A DNA stretch of 26,926 nucleotides from an uncultured Myxococcaceae bacterium. Lineage in GTDB: Bacteria; Myxococcota; Myxococcia; Myxococcales; Myxococcaceae. Location of the stretch: the NCBI GenBank assembly GCA_964522795.1, contig CAZFXD010000031.1:1-26926 (forward strand), in the 5' to 3' direction. Position numbers and translations under genes: made by a program. Positions 6,548 to 14,779 of this stretch are shown one piece after another. The notes beneath the pieces are model-generated. The model saw only the letters and a list, made by a program, of their open reading frames with translations. It did not search any database and was not told the DNA's origin. Position 1 is the first letter of the stretch. Every line of letters begins with the position of its first letter.

Positions 6548-7912
6548 TTACGCCAGGAGCTCGGCGACCGGGTTGGTGGACAGGCCCGAGTCTTTCCCCA
6601 CCGACGCCACGGTGGGGCCCACCAGCGCGCGCATGCACGAGAGGAGGACGTCGCTGGTGTTTCGGCCGTTGGTGGAGCGGTAGTGAATGCCGGCCTTGAG
6701 GGCGCCGCCGCCTTTGCCGGCGACGAGAATCGGGTAGTCGTTGATGCTGTGGGCGAGGCCCTCGGAGACGTCGCTGCTGCAGAGCACCACCGACTGGTCG
6801 AGCAGGTTCCCTGTGCCCTCGGTGGTTCGCTTCAACGCCTGCAGCGTGTAGGCGAACTGCTGCATCTCGTAGATGACCGCCTGGTGCACCAGCTCCTGCT
6901 GGGCGCCGTCGTGGGTGATGGAGTGCTCGTCGCTCGGGCGCGAGCCCAGGTCGCGGTAGGTCTGGCCGCCGACCGAACCCGAGAATTGGTAGGACACGAC
7001 GCGGGTCAGGTCGCACGCGAACGCGATGGCCACCAGGTCGCTCATCGCCTTGTTCACCGCCACGTAGGGTTCCGCGCCGCCCACGTCCTGGTTGGTGGTG
7101 GTGGGCGCGGCCGGCTTGGAGCAGACCTGCGTCACCACCGGCGGGAGCGCGTTGATCTGCGAGCGCACCTCCGAAATCGCGGTCAGGTGGGCGTCGAGGC
7201 GCGCCTTGTCAGCGGTGCCGAGTTTTCCCTGCAGTCGTTTGGCGTCGTCGCGCACCGCGTCGAGCACGTTGGTGCGCAGGCGGTTGCGGGGGTCGGTCAC
7301 CACGCCGCCGTCGCTCCCCGAGAAGGAGCTGAACAGTCGGTTGAACACGTTGACGGGGTTGACCTCTTGCGGCATCGGCGCGTCAGGACCTCGGTGCGAG
7401 ATGTACTGGAGCGTCGGGCCCTCGCCCTTGGTGTAGCGCTTGGAGACGGCGAGCTGCAGCGACTTGAACTGGGTATTGCCGGCGATGGCGTCGGCGGCCA
7501 CCTGATCGATCGACGCCATGCCGAACTTGGAGGAGTAGTTGGCGCTCCCGGCCGGCAGCGGAATGAACGGCGCGCCCGAGAAGACCGCCGCCACCCCGTT
7601 GTGGTGGCCGCGCAGGTTGGGCGTCTTCACGTTGCAGCCGGACACCACGCTCACGTAGCTCTTCACGTCGATGCCGCGCGCGCTGTCGACCAGCGGCGCG
7701 AGCTCGGGCGTGAGCGCCCAGTTGGCCCCGGTGGCCGACGGCGTCCATCGGTCGAGGCGCACGCCGTTGCCGAAGAACCAGGTGATGAAGCGCTTGGGCA
7801 ACGCCTCGCCCGCCGCGAACGCGGTGCCGTGGCTGTTCAGCATGGCCTCCAGGGTGGGGACGGCGATGCAGGCCCCGGCTCCGCGGAGAAACATTCGGCG
7901 AGGCAGCTTCAT
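6548..7912 (-). CDS. DUF1552 family protein, Tat-exported
   Basis: Twin-arginine signal MKLPRRMFLRGAGACIAVPTLEA. The 454-aa sequence is typical of the DUF1552 proteins that pair with DUF1592-family proteins in Planctomycetota and Myxococcota. Its ATG overlaps the upstream gene's TGA in an ATGA arrangement (translational coupling). Confidence 0.85.
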   Translation of the reverse strand: MKLPRRMFLRGAGACIAVPTLEAMLNSHGTAFAAGEALPKRFITWFFGNGVRLDRWTPSATGANWALTPELAPLVDSARGIDVKSYVSVVSGCNVKTPNLRGHHNGVAAVFSGAPFIPLPAGSANYSSKFGMASIDQVAADAIAGNTQFKSLQLAVSKRYTKGEGPTLQYISHRGPDAPMPQEVNPVNVFNRLFSSFSGSDGGVVTDPRNRLRTNVLDAVRDDAKRLQGKLGTADKARLDAHLTAISEVRSQINALPPVVTQVCSKPAAPTTTNQDVGGAEPYVAVNKAMSDLVAIAFACDLTRVVSYQFSGSVGGQTYRDLGSRPSDEHSITHDGAQQELVHQAVIYEMQQFAYTLQALKRTTEGTGNLLDQSVVLCSSDVSEGLAHSINDYPILVAGKGGGALKAGIHYRSTNGRNTSDVLLSCMRALVGPTVASVGKDSGLSTNPVAELLA

Positions 7913-9729
7913 GGCGTGGCTCCCTGGTCGAGCACTCCGAATCGGAACGCGTCACTCGCCGCCAGCTCCACCAGCAGCGACTGCATCTTGTAGCCCGACT
8001 TCTCAAACGCGTCCTTGGCCGCGAACATCGGCCGCGCCTCGCCGGAGCCTTCCACGTGGCCCGTCGCCTGGCGGTAGATGGTGCGCTGCAGACACCACAT
8101 CACCCGCGGGTCGACCTTCAGTTGGGTCAACAGCCCGCGAGCGTCGGTGAAGCCGTCTTTGGTCTTATCGTCGATCCACCCCGTGGCGTCGTCGTTGCGC
8201 GCCTTCCCGATGGCGTCGAAGCCCTCGAAGCCGAAGCCGATGGGGTCCATCAATTTGTGGCAGCCAGCGCAGGCGGCGTTCTGCATGCGCACGTCGGAGA
8301 GCGCGCGCTGCGAGCCGTTGGTCTGTTGCTGTTGGGCGATCAAGTCGGCGATGGGGCCCGACGACGGGGGCGCGGCGATCTGCTCGCAGAACAGATTCTC
8401 GCGCACGAACTTGCCGCGCTTCACCACCGACGTCTTGAGGGAGTTCGCTTCCACCGTGAGGAAGGCCGCCTCGGTCAGCACGCCCAGGCGGGGGCCGGTG
8501 GTGGGCCAGGCCACTTCGGAGAAGCCCGTGCCGCCCGGCGCGGGCATGCCGTAGTGGGTGGCCAGGGTGGAGTCGACGAAGGTGAAGGTGGCGTCGAAGA
8601 GGCTGCGCGCATCGACGTTCTTGGTGAACGCGATGGCCTCGATGGTGCGGCGCGTCTGTTCGCGCATCGAGTTCGCCAGCGTGGTGTTGAAGGTGGGGAA
8701 GGTAGCCGCGTCTTTGGACAGCTTCGGCAGCGCCCGGGTGCCGAGAAATTCGTCGAAGAAGTTCCACAGCGCGGTCTTCGCCCGCGGCGTGGCGAGCAGC
8801 TCGGTCGCCTTGGTGCGGATGCCCGCGGCGGTGTCGAGGGTGCCGGACTCAGCGGCGGTGAGGAGCGCGGCGTTGGGAATGGAGCCGGTGAGGAACAGCG
8901 AGAGGCGGGTGGCCATCTCGTAGCCCGAGACGCGGCGACCGGCGGGCGCGGCGGCGTCCACCACGCCGGTCTCCACCACGTACATGAACGAAGGCGCCTG
9001 AATCATGGCCGCGATGGCGAACTCCACGCCCTTGAAGAAGTCGGCGTACGAGGTGGCGGCGTCTTTGGCGATGGCCAGCCACGGCGCGGCGTCGGCGTCG
9101 GTCATCGCGTGGCGAAACGCGAGGCGGCCGAAGCTCTTCACGAAGGTGGTCAAGCAGGCGGTGTCACCGGGCCCGGTGGGCGTGCAAGTGACGAGCGCCG
9201 ACTTCACGCTGGGGACGGCGAGCGCGGCCTGCGCGGCTTTGAAGGCGTTGGTCTCGAGGTTGGAGACTTCCGCCGCCGAGGAGATGGCGATCTGCGCCGC
9301 CCCGATGGCGTCGAGGCCGTTCACCGCGGTGTCGGAGGGGAGCGTGAGCGCGGCGGCCGCGGCGGTGCCGAGCAGATCCTCCACTGCGTTCTTGTATTGC
9401 CAGCCCAGCAGGCGCCGGGCGCGGAACGTCGCGGGTGAGAACGCGGGCAGGGGAGGGGGGGGCGGCGGTGTGACGGTCGTCCCCGCGTCGGCGTCAGACG
9501 GGTTCTGAGGGCCCGGGTTGGGAGGCGGGAGCTTGAACGGGTCTTGCGGGTCGCTCGGGTCGACCGGACTCGACGGGTCGGCCGGGTTCAACGGGTCGGC
9601 GGGGGGGCTGCCTCCCGCGGGGGTCATCGCGCTTGGGCCGGAGGGTGCGAAGGCGCCCTCGCAACCGAAGAGGCCCATGGAGGTGAGGAACAGTCCGATA
9701 GCCACGAGCTTTTGCGAACCGGGGGTCAT
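7909..9729 (-). CDS. DUF1592/DUF1595/DUF1587/DUF1588/DUF1585-family lipoprotein (planctomycete-type PSD/PSCyt domains) with a CxxCH motif
   Basis: Preferred start is the ATG at 9729 (MTPGSQKLVAIGLFLTSMGLFGCEG, lipobox LFGC), with SD GGAAGGGGG just upstream; the ORF-track start is 9756. A Pro-rich linker follows the signal peptide. CAGCH occurs in NAACAGCHKLMDPIGFGFEGFD, as is typical of this family. It ends in a 4-bp overlap with the DUF1552 gene. Confidence 0.85.
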   Translation of the reverse strand: MTPGSQKLVAIGLFLTSMGLFGCEGAFAPSGPSAMTPAGGSPPADPLNPADPSSPVDPSDPQDPFKLPPPNPGPQNPSDADAGTTVTPPPPPPLPAFSPATFRARRLLGWQYKNAVEDLLGTAAAAALTLPSDTAVNGLDAIGAAQIAISSAAEVSNLETNAFKAAQAALAVPSVKSALVTCTPTGPGDTACLTTFVKSFGRLAFRHAMTDADAAPWLAIAKDAATSYADFFKGVEFAIAAMIQAPSFMYVVETGVVDAAAPAGRRVSGYEMATRLSLFLTGSIPNAALLTAAESGTLDTAAGIRTKATELLATPRAKTALWNFFDEFLGTRALPKLSKDAATFPTFNTTLANSMREQTRRTIEAIAFTKNVDARSLFDATFTFVDSTLATHYGMPAPGGTGFSEVAWPTTGPRLGVLTEAAFLTVEANSLKTSVVKRGKFVRENLFCEQIAAPPSSGPIADLIAQQQQTNGSQRALSDVRMQNAACAGCHKLMDPIGFGFEGFDAIGKARNDDATGWIDDKTKDGFTDARGLLTQLKVDPRVMWCLQRTIYRQATGHVEGSGEARPMFAAKDAFEKSGYKMQSLLVELAASDAFRFGVLDQGATP

Positions 9730-9758
9730 GCCCCCTTCCTGCAGCGCCCGGGCCAACG

Positions 9759-9795
9759 TTGATCTGAATCGTGGCCCAGACGTGATTCAAATCAA
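9759..9795. promoter_or_regulatory. 12-bp imperfect inverted repeat TTGATCTGAATC-N13-GATTCAAATCAA in a divergent promoter region. Candidate operator.
   Basis: Arms at 9759-9770 and 9784-9795 match at 11 of 12 positions. The repeat is AT-rich relative to its flanks. It lies between the start of the DUF1592-family operon (minus strand) and the 9875 gene (plus strand). Confidence 0.35.
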
Positions 9796-9874
9796 TGCGC
9801 AATTCCAGGGGCTTGAGGATGGGGCCCAGGGACAGACGCCGGGGTTGCTCCCTCCAGTGTGCAGCTGCCGGTGA

Positions 9875-11674
9875 TTGGAGACACCACATTGCCGCTTGGA
9901 ACTGCCAGATGGGCGGTACAGTCCGCGCGTGCGTTTTCTGGTTCGGCATGCGGCGTGGCTGGCGCCGCTCCTCGGGGTGATCGTCGCGCTGAATACGCTG
10001 CGAATTTCGCTCTTCATGGACGATCACATTCACCTCGCCATCCTCGAGCGGAAGGTGCCCTCGGTCACCAACCCGCTCGACCTGTTCACCTTCGCCAACG
10101 GCGACCCGGAGGTGACGCAGACGCGGGTACAGCTGGGCCCGTTCCCGTGGTGGACCAAGCCTGACGTGAAGCTGTCCTTCTTTCGCCCGCTGTCGTCGGC
10201 GCTGGTGTGGTTCGACCTCCAGGTGTTCGGTCGCCACTTCCTCTTGTGGCACCTTCATTCGCTCGCCTGGTACGCGGCGTTGATCGCCGTGGTGGGGCTG
10301 GTGCTTCGCCGCCTGTGCGAGCACTCGGTGGCCGCCCTGGCGCAGTTCCTGTTCGCGATCGACGGCGGGCACTGGACGCCGGTGGGGTGGCTCGCGAATC
10401 GCAACGCGCTGGTGGCGGCGACCTTCGGCCTCATCGCGGTGTGGTGCCACCTGCGCGTGCAGCAGCGCCAATGGAAGCCAGGGCTCTACCTGGGGCCGGT
10501 GGCGTTCGCGCTCGCGCTCTTGAGCGGGGAGGTCGCGCTCGGCGCCGCGGCAATGCTGGGCGCCTGCGAGCTGGTGGGCACGGACAAGCCGTGGCGGGAG
10601 CGGGCTCGGGCGCTGGCGCCGTTCGTCGTCGTCGGGCTGGGCTGGGCGGCGGTCTATCGAACGATGGGCTTCGGCGCCTACGCGTCCGGCATCTACATTG
10701 ATCCGGGTCGCTCAACGCTCGACTTCCTCCTCAACGCGGGTCCCCGCTGGCTGGCGATGACGGCGGGGCTGTTGTTCAAGGTGCCCACGGACGCGTTTCT
10801 GCTCCACCCGCTGGCGCGCTACGTGCTCGCAGTGCTCGGGGTGCTCGCGGTGGCGTTCTTCCGCGCGCAGTACCGCGCGCTCTCGTCATTCGGAGAGCGC
10901 GCCACGCAGCGTTCTTTTGCCGTGGTGTCCCTCGGCGCCGCGCTGGCCATGATTCCTCCGCTGGCCACCTTCCCCGCCGACCGGTTGAACCTGATTCCGT
11001 CCATCGGCGGCGCGGCCTTCGTCTCCACGGTGCTCCATCGCCTCTGGGGGATGCCCGGGTGGAAGGAGCGGCTCACGAGGCGGCTGTTGGTGTTCGCCCA
11101 TGGCCTGGTGGCGCTGGCGCCCTGGGTGGTCAACCCCAACTTCGTGCACACGCGCGTCGAAGCGATGGAACGCGCGACCCGGGCGCCTGAAGTTCCTGCG
11201 GAAGACATGCAGAAGCGCGTGGTGATGGTGGCCACGGCCGATTTTCCGTTCGCGTTTTCTCTGCCGCTCATTCGCATCTCGCAGGGGTTCGAGTGGCCGC
11301 AGAGCTATTGGTTCCTCTCCATCGCGCCGTACCCGCACCGGTGGACGCGCGTCTCGCTCGACGCGTTCGACCTCGAGGTGCTGGGCGGGACGATGCTGGA
11401 GACGGTCTTCGAGCAGATGGTGCGGTCCCCCAACTTTCCGGTGCACGTGGGAGAGACCTTTGACCTCGATGGGGCGGTGGTGACCGTTCTCGAGATGCGC
11501 GACGGGAGGCCATCGAAGATCCGCTTCGCCATGACCGCGCCGGTGTCGGAGTTCACCTTCGTGGAGTGGACGGGTCGGGTGGTGAAGCCGCTCGCGCTGC
11601 CGCCGTTGGGAAAGACGCTCGACCTGCCTGAAGGCCCCGGGCCCTTCGAGACGTTCCCCGAAGATTCCCCCTGA
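9875..11674 (+). CDS. Polytopic integral membrane protein (about 12 TM helices plus a ~170-aa C-terminal soluble domain), possibly a GT-C-fold glycosyltransferase
   Basis: Many hydrophobic helices. An acidic motif FMDDHIHLA sits in the first loop after TM1, reminiscent of the DD/DE loop motif of GT-C enzymes (ArnT/PMT-like). There is no direct family match, so the product call is tentative. Confidence 0.65.
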   Translation: METPHCRLELPDGRYSPRVRFLVRHAAWLAPLLGVIVALNTLRISLFMDDHIHLAILERKVPSVTNPLDLFTFANGDPEVTQTRVQLGPFPWWTKPDVKLSFFRPLSSALVWFDLQVFGRHFLLWHLHSLAWYAALIAVVGLVLRRLCEHSVAALAQFLFAIDGGHWTPVGWLANRNALVAATFGLIAVWCHLRVQQRQWKPGLYLGPVAFALALLSGEVALGAAAMLGACELVGTDKPWRERARALAPFVVVGLGWAAVYRTMGFGAYASGIYIDPGRSTLDFLLNAGPRWLAMTAGLLFKVPTDAFLLHPLARYVLAVLGVLAVAFFRAQYRALSSFGERATQRSFAVVSLGAALAMIPPLATFPADRLNLIPSIGGAAFVSTVLHRLWGMPGWKERLTRRLLVFAHGLVALAPWVVNPNFVHTRVEAMERATRAPEVPAEDMQKRVVMVATADFPFAFSLPLIRISQGFEWPQSYWFLSIAPYPHRWTRVSLDAFDLEVLGGTMLETVFEQMVRSPNFPVHVGETFDLDGAVVTVLEMRDGRPSKIRFAMTAPVSEFTFVEWTGRVVKPLALPPLGKTLDLPEGPGPFETFPEDSP

Positions 11675-11715
11675 CATCATTGACGCTCTCGGGCTGGCGA
11701 AGTTAATCGCGACGC

Positions 11716-12900
11716 ATGGCCCGCGCTCCCGTCACCGACCTCTATCGCATCGACGATCTCCTCTCGCCCGAAGAACGCGCCGCGCGCGACGTGGTGGCCG
11801 CGTTCGTCGACCGCGAGTACCTCCCCATCGTGGGGAAGCACTTTCGCAACGGCACCTTCCCCAACGAGCTGATTCCCAAGCTGGCCGAGCTCGGCGTCTT
11901 CGGTGCCACGTTGAAGGGGTATGGCTGCGCCGGGTTGTCCAACGTGCAGTACGGGCTGATTCTTCAGGAGCTGGAGCGGGGCGACTCGGGGCTGCGCAGC
12001 TTCGCCTCGGTTCAGAGCAGCCTGTGCATGTTTCCCATCTTCACCTACGGCTCGGACGAGCAGAAAGAGCGCTTTCTGCCCGGCATGGCGAAGGGCCAGA
12101 TCATCGGGTGCTTCGGCCTGACCGAGCCTGACTTCGGGTCGGACCCGGGCGGCATGCGCACCCGCGCGAAGAAGAGCGGCGACGGGTACGTGCTCAACGG
12201 CTCGAAGATGTGGATCACCAACGGCTCCATCGCCGACGTGGCGGTGGTGTGGGCCAAGGTCGACGACGGCGGCGCCGAGTCGGTGCGCGGGTTTCTGGTG
12301 GAGAAGGGCATGCCGGGGTTCGTGGCCAAGGACATTCACGGCAAGTTCTCGCTCCGCGCTTCGCACACGTCGGAGCTCTCGTTTTCGGACGTGAAGGTGC
12401 CGGCGAAGAACATGTTGCCTGGCGTGGTGGGCTTGCGCGGGCCGCTCTCATGCCTCAACAACGCGCGTATGGGCATCGCCTTCGCCGCCATGGGCGCGGC
12501 GGTGGCGTGCTTCGAAGGCGCGCGCGAGTACGCGCTGTCGCGGGTGCAGTTCAACAAGCCCATCGCCTCGTTCCAGCTCACCCAGGAGAAGCTGGCCGAC
12601 ATGCTGCAAGAGATTGTGAAGGGGCAGCTGCTCGCGCTGCGGCTGGCGCGGTTGAAGGACGAACACGGCAAGGTGAGCCCCGAGCAGGTGTCCTTGTGCA
12701 AGCGCAACAACGTCAAGGCCGCGCTGGAGATCGCCCGCAGCGCGCGCAGCATCTACGGCGCGAACGGCGTGACGGACGAATACCCACCGGTGCGCCACAT
12801 GCTGAACCTGGAGAGCGTCTTCACCTACGAGGGCACGCACGAGGTGCACACGCTCATCCTGGGCAAGGCCATCACCGGCATCGACGCCTTCGGAGCCTGA
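11716..12900 (+). CDS. gcdH: Glutaryl-CoA dehydrogenase (acyl-CoA dehydrogenase family)
   Basis: 394 aa with acyl-CoA dehydrogenase architecture and the characteristic GCDH C-terminus TDEYPPVRHMLNLESVFTYEGTHEVHTLILGKAITG. It also has GLTEPDFGSDPGGMRTRA and WITNGSIADVAVVWAK. Confidence 0.85.
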   Translation: MARAPVTDLYRIDDLLSPEERAARDVVAAFVDREYLPIVGKHFRNGTFPNELIPKLAELGVFGATLKGYGCAGLSNVQYGLILQELERGDSGLRSFASVQSSLCMFPIFTYGSDEQKERFLPGMAKGQIIGCFGLTEPDFGSDPGGMRTRAKKSGDGYVLNGSKMWITNGSIADVAVVWAKVDDGGAESVRGFLVEKGMPGFVAKDIHGKFSLRASHTSELSFSDVKVPAKNMLPGVVGLRGPLSCLNNARMGIAFAAMGAAVACFEGAREYALSRVQFNKPIASFQLTQEKLADMLQEIVKGQLLALRLARLKDEHGKVSPEQVSLCKRNNVKAALEIARSARSIYGANGVTDEYPPVRHMLNLESVFTYEGTHEVHTLILGKAITGIDAFGA

Positions 12901-12904
12901 GCCC

Positions 12905-13318
12905 GTGGCCTTCGTTCACTCCATTCCGGTCCGCTTCCCCGACGTCGATTTTGCGCGCGTCGTCTACTACCCCAAGTTTTTCGACTACTGCCACCAGGCG
13001 TTCGAAGCGTTCTTCGAGCAGGAAGTGAAGGTGCCGTACCCGACGATGTTGAAGGAGCGGGGCATCGGCTTTCCCACCGTGCACGCCGAGTCGGACTTCG
13101 TGCGGCCGCTCCGCTTCGGCGATACGGCGCGCATCGTGCTCGAGACGGTCTCCGTGTCTCCGCGTTCGCTGGGGTGCCGATACCGATTCTTCGACGGGCA
13201 GAGCGACCAGCTGTGCGCGGAGATTCGAATCGTCACCGCCGCGGTGTTGCTGGAGAAGTTCGCCAGCACGCCGTTGCCGGAAGACGTTCGCGCCGCGTTC
13301 AGCCGCCACGTGGCCTGA
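12905..13318 (+). CDS. Hotdog-fold acyl-CoA thioesterase (4-hydroxybenzoyl-CoA thioesterase/YbgC-like)
   Basis: 137 aa. The N-terminal VRFPDVDFARVVYYPKFFDYCHQAFEAFFE matches the 4HBT-family active-site region (Asp17). GTG start 4 bp after the gcdH stop, so an operon with gcdH is likely. Confidence 0.7.
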   Translation: MAFVHSIPVRFPDVDFARVVYYPKFFDYCHQAFEAFFEQEVKVPYPTMLKERGIGFPTVHAESDFVRPLRFGDTARIVLETVSVSPRSLGCRYRFFDGQSDQLCAEIRIVTAAVLLEKFASTPLPEDVRAAFSRHVA

Positions 13319-13330
13319 CGGCGTGGAGCG

Positions 13331-14698
13331 CTATTGGGGCTGGTCGACCGTCAGCGCAGTCAGGCCCTTCGTCTTCAGCGTCGCGCAGGCGGTGCCGTTG
13401 AAGCGAATCAGCCTCGGCTGCGCTCGCGTCCACCCGTTGGTGCCGGGCGACACTGGCGCGCCGTTGAGCGTGACGGAGAAGCTGATGGCCGAGGCCGCGG
13501 GTTCATCGAGAAGCACGGTGCACTTGCGCAGCTCGTCGAAGGTGGCGTCGTAGGCGGCTTTCACCGCGGGAATGCCCGCGAGCGTGGTGACGCGGTGGTA
13601 TTGGAAGGCGCACCGGCCCGTCGCCGTGTCGCAAGTATCGCCCGCCCCTCCGCACTGCGCGTCGCTGGTACAGCTGCGCACGAGACCAGAGACCGCCGCC
13701 GCCCCGTTGAACGTGGCGCGGAAGAGCGAGGTCGAGACACTCCCGCCCACACCCACCAACATCACGGGGACGACGCCAGCGCGGCTGATGTTGGACACGG
13801 CGTTGGTGAAGGCGTCGCCGTCGGTGCAGAACGTGGTGCAGCCCGGCGTCCCCACGGCGGGACAGGTGCTGGGTGCCTCGTCGCAGCCGCAGGTCGTCTT
13901 GTTGGCACAGGTGAGCGGGTTCTGCTCGTTACAGTTGGGTAGGCCGTCCGTGAGCATGACGACCATGGTGGGCGTGGTGGCCACCGAGGCTGAGATCGCC
14001 TCGTTCACCGAGGCCAGGCCAAGCGAGATGTTCGACGAGGTTCCCGGAAGTCCGCCGTCGGCGTAGCGGAACAGCACCTGGGCGGCGGCCGCGGAGAGCT
14101 CGGCGGCCAGCTGGGTGCCGGCGTCAGGAATGACGAACTCGGGCGTGGGAATTCGACACCCGCCGTCGGTCCCGATGGCCAGGCTGGTGGGGTACATGGC
14201 GGAGGCATGCCGAGCGACGGAACCGCTTCCGGCGAGGAGTGAGCCGAGCGTGTTTCTCACGCCGGTGAAGCGGCTTGGGCAGGCGGGGGTGCACGGCGAG
14301 TCGGGGAGGCAGGTGCCTCCATCATTGAGCGCGCACTGGGCGGCCGTGCCCTCGAGCTGCGCGGCGATGCTCCCGGTGCGGTCGAGCACCCAGAACACCT
14401 GGGGAATGGGGAGCGCCACCTCGACGCGGCGAGCCGGCCTGCCGCCGTCGCTCAAATACCCGGTGCGAACACAGTGCCCCTGTTGGCACTCGGTGTCGAC
14501 GGGGCAATTGGCGCACACGAGCCCCTGCGTGCCGCACGCGGCGTTGGCGTTGCCCACGAGGCATTGTCCGGAGGGGTCGCAGCAGCCGGCGCACCCGTCG
14601 CCGCACCGCCCCGTGTGGCCTCCGCACGCGGCGCCGACCCCCGCCGCGGCGAGGAAGGCGCCAAGAAACGCGACCGTGATGGGGGGCCCGGGGCGCAA
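13331..14698 (-). CDS. Cys-rich secreted lipoprotein with a von Willebrand factor A (vWA) domain
   Basis: Signal peptide with lipobox (FLAAAGVGAACGG). Cys-rich N-terminal region (CGDGCAGCCDPSGQCLVGNANAACGTQGLVCANCP). MIDAS-like VLDRTGSI and the vWA signature VVMLTDGLPN. The apparent start is a TTG at 14698 with no good SD, so the start is uncertain. Confidence 0.65.
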   Translation of the reverse strand: MRPGPPITVAFLGAFLAAAGVGAACGGHTGRCGDGCAGCCDPSGQCLVGNANAACGTQGLVCANCPVDTECQQGHCVRTGYLSDGGRPARRVEVALPIPQVFWVLDRTGSIAAQLEGTAAQCALNDGGTCLPDSPCTPACPSRFTGVRNTLGSLLAGSGSVARHASAMYPTSLAIGTDGGCRIPTPEFVIPDAGTQLAAELSAAAAQVLFRYADGGLPGTSSNISLGLASVNEAISASVATTPTMVVMLTDGLPNCNEQNPLTCANKTTCGCDEAPSTCPAVGTPGCTTFCTDGDAFTNAVSNISRAGVVPVMLVGVGGSVSTSLFRATFNGAAAVSGLVRSCTSDAQCGGAGDTCDTATGRCAFQYHRVTTLAGIPAVKAAYDATFDELRKCTVLLDEPAASAISFSVTLNGAPVSPGTNGWTRAQPRLIRFNGTACATLKTKGLTALTVDQPQ

Positions 14699-14779
14699 AG
14701 CGGGGCCGACGTTACCCGGTTTTTTCGCATCGAGAAGCGAGACTCACGACCCGTCATTCTGCGATAGGGTGCCCCGGCC

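Noticed and set aside
6464-7993. 509-aa plus-strand ORF, plus the ORFs at 7383-8006 and 8056-9438, overlapping the DUF1552/DUF1592 genes
   Set aside because: Antisense or alternate frames of two genes that have clear signal peptides, family motifs and an ATGA coupled junction. The translations are Gly/Arg/Ala low-complexity.
11676-11715. Sigma-70-like promoter TTGACG-N17-TTAATC immediately upstream of gcdH
   Set aside because: The -35 is good, but the -10 candidate matches TATAAT at only 2-3 positions, and the ATG would be only ~8 nt from it. Too weak to call.
10886-12366. Minus-strand ORFs (264 aa and 229 aa) antisense to the membrane protein and gcdH
   Set aside because: gcdH has an unmistakable acyl-CoA dehydrogenase signature on the plus strand. 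The antisense products are Arg/His/Pro-rich.
13315-13354. Inverted repeat CTGACGG...CCGTCAG between the convergent thioesterase and vWA genes as a bidirectional terminator
   Set aside because: The 7-bp arms are separated by 27 nt, overlap both stop codons, and have no flanking T- or A-tracts. Probably coincidental.
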